NCBI RefSeq assembly: GCF_006345805.1
Contig: NW_021827225.1
Coordinates: forward strand, 1-10,806
Direction of reading: 5' to 3'
DNA from: Octopus sinensis
Lineage: Eukaryota
Length of the DNA: 10,806 nt
Shown: piece after piece, positions 7,112 to 10,806 of the stretch
How positions within the stretch are numbered: position 1 is the stretch's first letter
Layout of the letters: every line of letters starts with the position of its first letter
The notes under the pieces: model-generated
What the model saw: only the letters and a program-made list of their open reading frames with translations
Database searches by the model: none
Told to the model about the DNA's origin: nothing
Program-made: the position numbers and the translations under genes

Positions 7112-7477
7112 AGAAGCACGTATGTCTTTGTGGTCTCACCAGCATGGGTCCGAGTTCGGTTCCACTGCCTGGCACCTTGGGTAAATGTCTTCTACTATAT
7201 CCACAGGCCGACCAAAGCCTTATGAGTAAATTTGGTGGGCGGAAACTGATATATATATATACGAGTGTGTGTGTTTTCCCCACCACCACTTGAGCACCGG
7301 TGTGGGTGCATTTACGTTCCCATAACGTAGCGGTTCGGTATAGCGGCCGATAGAATAAGTATTATTCTTAAAAAAAAAATAAGCACTGAGGCCGATTCGT
7401 TTGACTAAAAATTCTTCAAGGTAGTGCCCCAGAATGGCCACCGTCTAATGATTGAAAGAAATATAAGATAAAAGATA
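7112..7477 (+). mobile_element. tRNA-derived SINE family B
   Basis: GAGTTCGGTTCCACTGCCTGGCACCTTGGG head, GGCCGACCAAAGCCTT block, central TA/TG spacer, TAGCGGTTCGG and GATAGAATAAGTA blocks, tail GGTAGTGCCCCAGAATGGCCAC. Homologous to the copies at 8051-8436 and 10596-10806. Confidence 0.85.
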
Positions 7478-7493
7478 CTTGTTACACATTTAT

Positions 7494-7546
7494 ATGTGTG
7501 TGTATACACATACACACACACTCACACACACTCACACACACACACA
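7494..7546. repeat. (TG)n/(CA)n microsatellite
   Basis: Direct reading; abuts the fold-back element. Confidence 0.92.
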
Positions 7547-7723
7547 TTTTTTTACTGAAGCTGCAAAATTATCACAGAACTGTTACTCAGCATTTCATGT
7601 TCCCGTTCGTCGGGCAGTTGTGGATAGATACTTAAATACTTAAATATTCATCACAACTGCCCGACGAACGGGAACATGAAACGCTGATTATGTTCTGTGA
7701 TAATTTTGCAGCTTTAATAAAAA
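7547..7723. mobile_element. Fold-back element, probably a minimal PLE pseudo-LTR pair
   Basis: Arms 7547-7622 and 7652-7723 with a 29-nt spacer. The inner 36 bp have one mismatch; the outer block 7557-7580 matches 7692-7715 at 23/24. Each arm reads outward as an HHR-like motif followed by AATAAA (7716-7721) or AGTAAA. Confidence 0.65.
7578..7619 (-). ncRNA. Degenerate minimal hammerhead-like motif (CCGACGA core)
   Basis: Minus strand: AACTG-C-CCGACGA-ACG-GGAA-CAT-GAAA-TGCTGAG-TA-A-CAGTT. Stem I is AACTG/CAGTT, with GAAA and GUA at the correct spacing. Mismatches occur at the base of stem I and within stems II and III. Confidence 0.5.
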
Positions 7724-7800
7724 GTTGTATCACTCTACCTTTGGTATTCGAGTACTATTTTTTCCGACCTTGTTTTGCACTTATGCACAACTGTGTGCGT

Positions 7801-7810
7801 GTATGTATAT

Positions 7811-7853
<43 letters not shown>

Positions 7854-7857
7854 ATAT
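7801..7857. repeat. (TA)n microsatellite
   Basis: Direct reading. Confidence 0.95.
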
Positions 7858-8050
7858 AAAGAAGAAGAGAAAATAGAGATTCAGAAGTTAGAATTTGTTT
7901 ATTATTAAGAGTAAATTGGTCATCTTCACTTACAGCCGTTTCAATAAACATTAAATTTACATTTGTGTGAAATATCATCAAAGGGAAAAAGATGCACGTT
8001 TGGATGTTCTATATGTGTGTGTGTGTGTGTGTGTGTGAATGTGTACGACT

Positions 8051-8436
8051 GTCTCTTCTACCTGTTCCAGTCATTTTCCTGCGGCCATGCTGGGGCATCT
8101 CAGTGAAGGATTGTCAAACAAATCGACCCCCAACACTTATTTGTAGAGGCTGGTACTAATTCTATCGATATCCGCTAAGTTACTGAGATGTACACATACC
8201 AACACAAGCCGTGAAGTGGTGGTAGTAGTGGTGGTTGAGGGATAAATACACACACACACAGAGGTATATGCACGACAGGCTTCTTTCACCTTCCATCTAC
8301 CAAATCACTCATAAGGCTCTGGTCAGTCCTTAGCTATAGCAGAAGACACTCACCGAAGTTACCACGCAGTGGAAGTGAACCCGAAAACATGTCGTTGGGA
8401 AGCAAGCTTCTTACCACCCAGCCATGTCTGCGTCTA
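8051..8436 (-). mobile_element. SINE family B, full length, diverged
   Basis: The reverse complement begins GCAGACATGGCTGGGTGGTAAGAAGCTTGCTTCCC (A-box) and CGGGTTCACTTCCACTGCGTGG (B-box), and ends GATGCCCCAGCATGGCCGCAGG. Confidence 0.85.
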
Positions 8437-8634
8437 TACCACACACCTTATGATTAAAATATATTTCTCAATTTCTGAATGTGTATGAATTGTTATAACC
8501 ATGTGAATATATATCTATATCTAAACTTGTTTATTTTTAGGAGTGACTTCTCACCCTCAAACTGTATTGCATTATTTATGAGTGTATAATCGTTTCTATG
8601 TAGTTAAATGCTTTCCCGAATAAACAAACAGTTC

Positions 8635-8704
8635 ATTTTAATGGCTCCGAGGAAGCTACGTGATGTTGCATCTTATAGCGGAAACAGCTGCAAGCCATTG
8701 AAGT
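8635..8704 (+). ncRNA. Type I hammerhead-like motif, third family (CCGAGGA core)
   Basis: Stem I ATTTTAATGGCT/AGCCATTGAAGT (12 bp, 2 G-U) lies flush with the core. CCGAGGA 8647-8653; stem II AGCTA/TAGCG capped by GATG-TTG-CATC; GAAA 8681-8684; palindrome CAGCTG 8685-8690; then C-A where U-H is canonical. Confidence 0.72.
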
Positions 8705-8834
8705 TGATTACATAATTCCCGTTCTCTTGTCATTCATCAATTAATATGCGGGGAGGGGGAAGAGGATGCATTTTTATACATTTCTAGATATACTTATATC
8801 TACTAACCTGCAGGTATACCTCTACATATTTGCG

Positions 8835-8970
8835 TATGTATATGTATATACATATACACATATATATATATAAGTAGACATATACATATGTATGAGTATA
8901 TATATATATTTATATACATATAATATATATATATATGGGTATATATATATATGTGTGTGTGTGTGTGTGG
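8835..8970. repeat. (TA)n/(TG)n low-complexity tract
   Basis: Direct reading. Confidence 0.93.
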
Positions 8971-9809
8971 GTTGTGTTACATTATACAATACCTTGCCTC
9001 GACGGTCAGGTGATAAAATCCTAGAGCATGCGAAGTAAAAAAGTTAATTTCGGCCTGTACGTTCTTATTGTAGTAGTAAACCATAGAGAGAGAGATATGG
9101 TAATGTGCAGAGAAGAGAAAGTGAGTTAGTGAATAGAGTGTGGGACGTTGGCTCGCGTAGTCGACGGCTGTAAACTCCATTCTTTAGCCCCTGGTCGTTT
9201 GTCTGCCTGCTTGTGGCCATGATTCTAGTGGTCGGTTCACTAACTGATGTCAGCTCCCTCTCAACTCACGATTTGTCACCAACTGACTGAGTTGTCACCT
9301 AGTGACTAACTGATTTTTGCTTGGGGGTTATCGTTTTTATAACCATCCAGAAGGATAGACGTATCGTTGAGAACAATATATTTAGTTGGTGGTCTTGTTA
9401 TCTTAATTCTAGCTTTTAGTGAAACAGAAGAGGTTAGAAGGGTCAAGTGGTGAAGACATTATTTCGGCCTAGCTAAAGGAATCTGGAAAATGTAAAACTG
9501 CTGTCATAGAAAAACTGTTGTCCCACCGTGAGAAAAGTTCTGTTGAACTGTTACCTAAAATTTGGCTATGGTGGAATCAAATCCACTTCATGCATCCAAG
9601 ATCCACTACATATATATGCAAGTATTATGTACGTGCTTGTGTGTATGAGTATGCGCGTATCTATAAGTATATAGATATATATATATATATATATATATAT
9701 AAACATATATACATATATATGTGTGTGTATGTGTGCTTGTGTGTGTATAAAGGTGATCGTTAATATAAAAGATGAGAGCTAACAATATATGAAGGGACAA
9801 ACAGACAGA

Positions 9810-9923
9810 TAATACACACACACACACATACATACATAGAGAGAGAAAGATAGATGGAGAGAGAGAGTGTGTGAGAGAGAGAGATAAATAGCTAGACAGG
9901 CAGACAGACAGACCGATAGATAG

Positions 9924-9961
<38 letters not shown>

Positions 9962-9962
9962 T

Positions 9963-10012
<50 letters not shown>
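9810..10012. repeat. Compound microsatellite (CA)n(GA)n(CAGA)n(GATA)n
   Basis: Direct reading. Confidence 0.95.
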
Positions 10013-10014
<2 letters not shown>

Positions 10015-10414
10015 AGCATAAAATTTTGCTGGAATAATTAAATAAACGAATGATAGGTTTCTACGAAGGCAAACCTTATTGATACTCTATCAATTGATTT
10101 AATATTGCATAGGGCGACACCATAGGCACTTCTGAACGGCAGTTAAGTAAAATTTAATGCCTCACACTTGTGTCGGCTGATCTTAATCATTTCTTAAATA
10201 TAGATGAAAACTGATTAAGTTTAGCCTCGTCATCATAAACGCTTATTTGTCATGTCACTAAATCATCGCCTGCACACGAGGTCTCCGAAAGAAGATGACG
10301 TTTATTAGCTATCATTGTTATTACAGGCGTTTTGCCAAAGTCAGGTGGAGCAATTATTATCCTGGTTGGCAGACAGAGCGTAGGAGTGAGGTGGGAGGAA
10401 ATGTGGTTTTCTAA

Positions 10415-10513
10415 GTGTGTGTGTATTTGTGTATGTGTGTGTGTATAAATGTATGGGTGTATGCATATGTTTAGTGTACATATACTTATGCATATATGTA
10501 TATCAATAATGTA

Positions 10514-10566
<53 letters not shown>

Positions 10567-10590
10567 ATATATATATACATATATATATGT
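10415..10590. repeat. (TG)n/(TA)n low-complexity tract
   Basis: Direct reading. Confidence 0.93.
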
Positions 10591-10595
10591 ACGAG

Positions 10596-10806
10596 TATTC
10601 TATTACTTGTTTCAGTCATTTGACTGCGGCCATGCTGGGGCACCGCCTTCAGTCGAGCAAATCGACCCCAGGACCTATTCTTTGTAAGCTTAGTACTTAT
10701 TCGATTGGTCTCTTTTGCCGAACCGCTAAATTACGGGGACGTAAGCACACCAGCATCGGCTGTCAAGCGATGTTGGGGGGACAAAATACAAGCGCACAAA
10801 CATATA
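10596..10806 (-). mobile_element. SINE family B, 3' half (continues past the window end)
   Basis: Reverse complement: GTCCCCCCAACATCGCTTGACAGCCGATGCTGGTGTG...TAGCGGTTCGGCAAAAGAGACC...GGGGTCGATTTGCTCGACTGAAGGCGGTGCCCCAGCATGGCCGCAGTCAAATGACTGAAACAAG. Confidence 0.9.

Noticed and set aside
7027-10806. Search for the next exon (fingers 5-6, expected to start near EKPHKC) and, in 1-5949, for a SNAG-encoding exon (MPRSFLV).
   Set aside because: No matching sequence was seen; these exons presumably lie outside the window.

Overview
Eukaryotic, microsatellite-rich genomic DNA. The SINE families and repeat density suggest an octopus/coleoid genome (inference). The only host coding sequence is one 1,077-nt internal exon (5950-7026, +) of a Gfi1/senseless-family C2H2 zinc-finger gene, carrying a poly-Ala tract and fingers 1-4. 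No SNAG-type first exon and no finger 5-6 exons were found, so the rest of the window is probably intron. The flanks hold two tRNA-derived SINE families (about 9 copies or fragments), two R4/Dong-like RLE LINE fragments next to (TAA)n tracts, a 202-bp mariner-type MITE and many microsatellites. The main unexplained structure is a set of five hammerhead-ribozyme (HHR)-like motifs from three unrelated sequence families. (i) An outward-facing inverted pair (3677-3756 minus, 5149-5230 plus) brackets a frameshifted GIY-YIG endonuclease, i.e. a Penelope-like element with inverted pseudo-LTRs and no recognisable RT. (ii) A ~180-bp fold-back (7547-7723) has a small HHR-like motif with a CCGANGA core in each arm. 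(iii) A solo motif at 8635-8704 has a 12-bp stem I, a CCGANGA core and a palindromic stem III. All three motifs on the strand of the Gfi1 pre-mRNA carry a lesion at the core or cleavage site, while both antisense motifs keep the GUA triplet. Folding was done by eye; ribozyme activity is untested.
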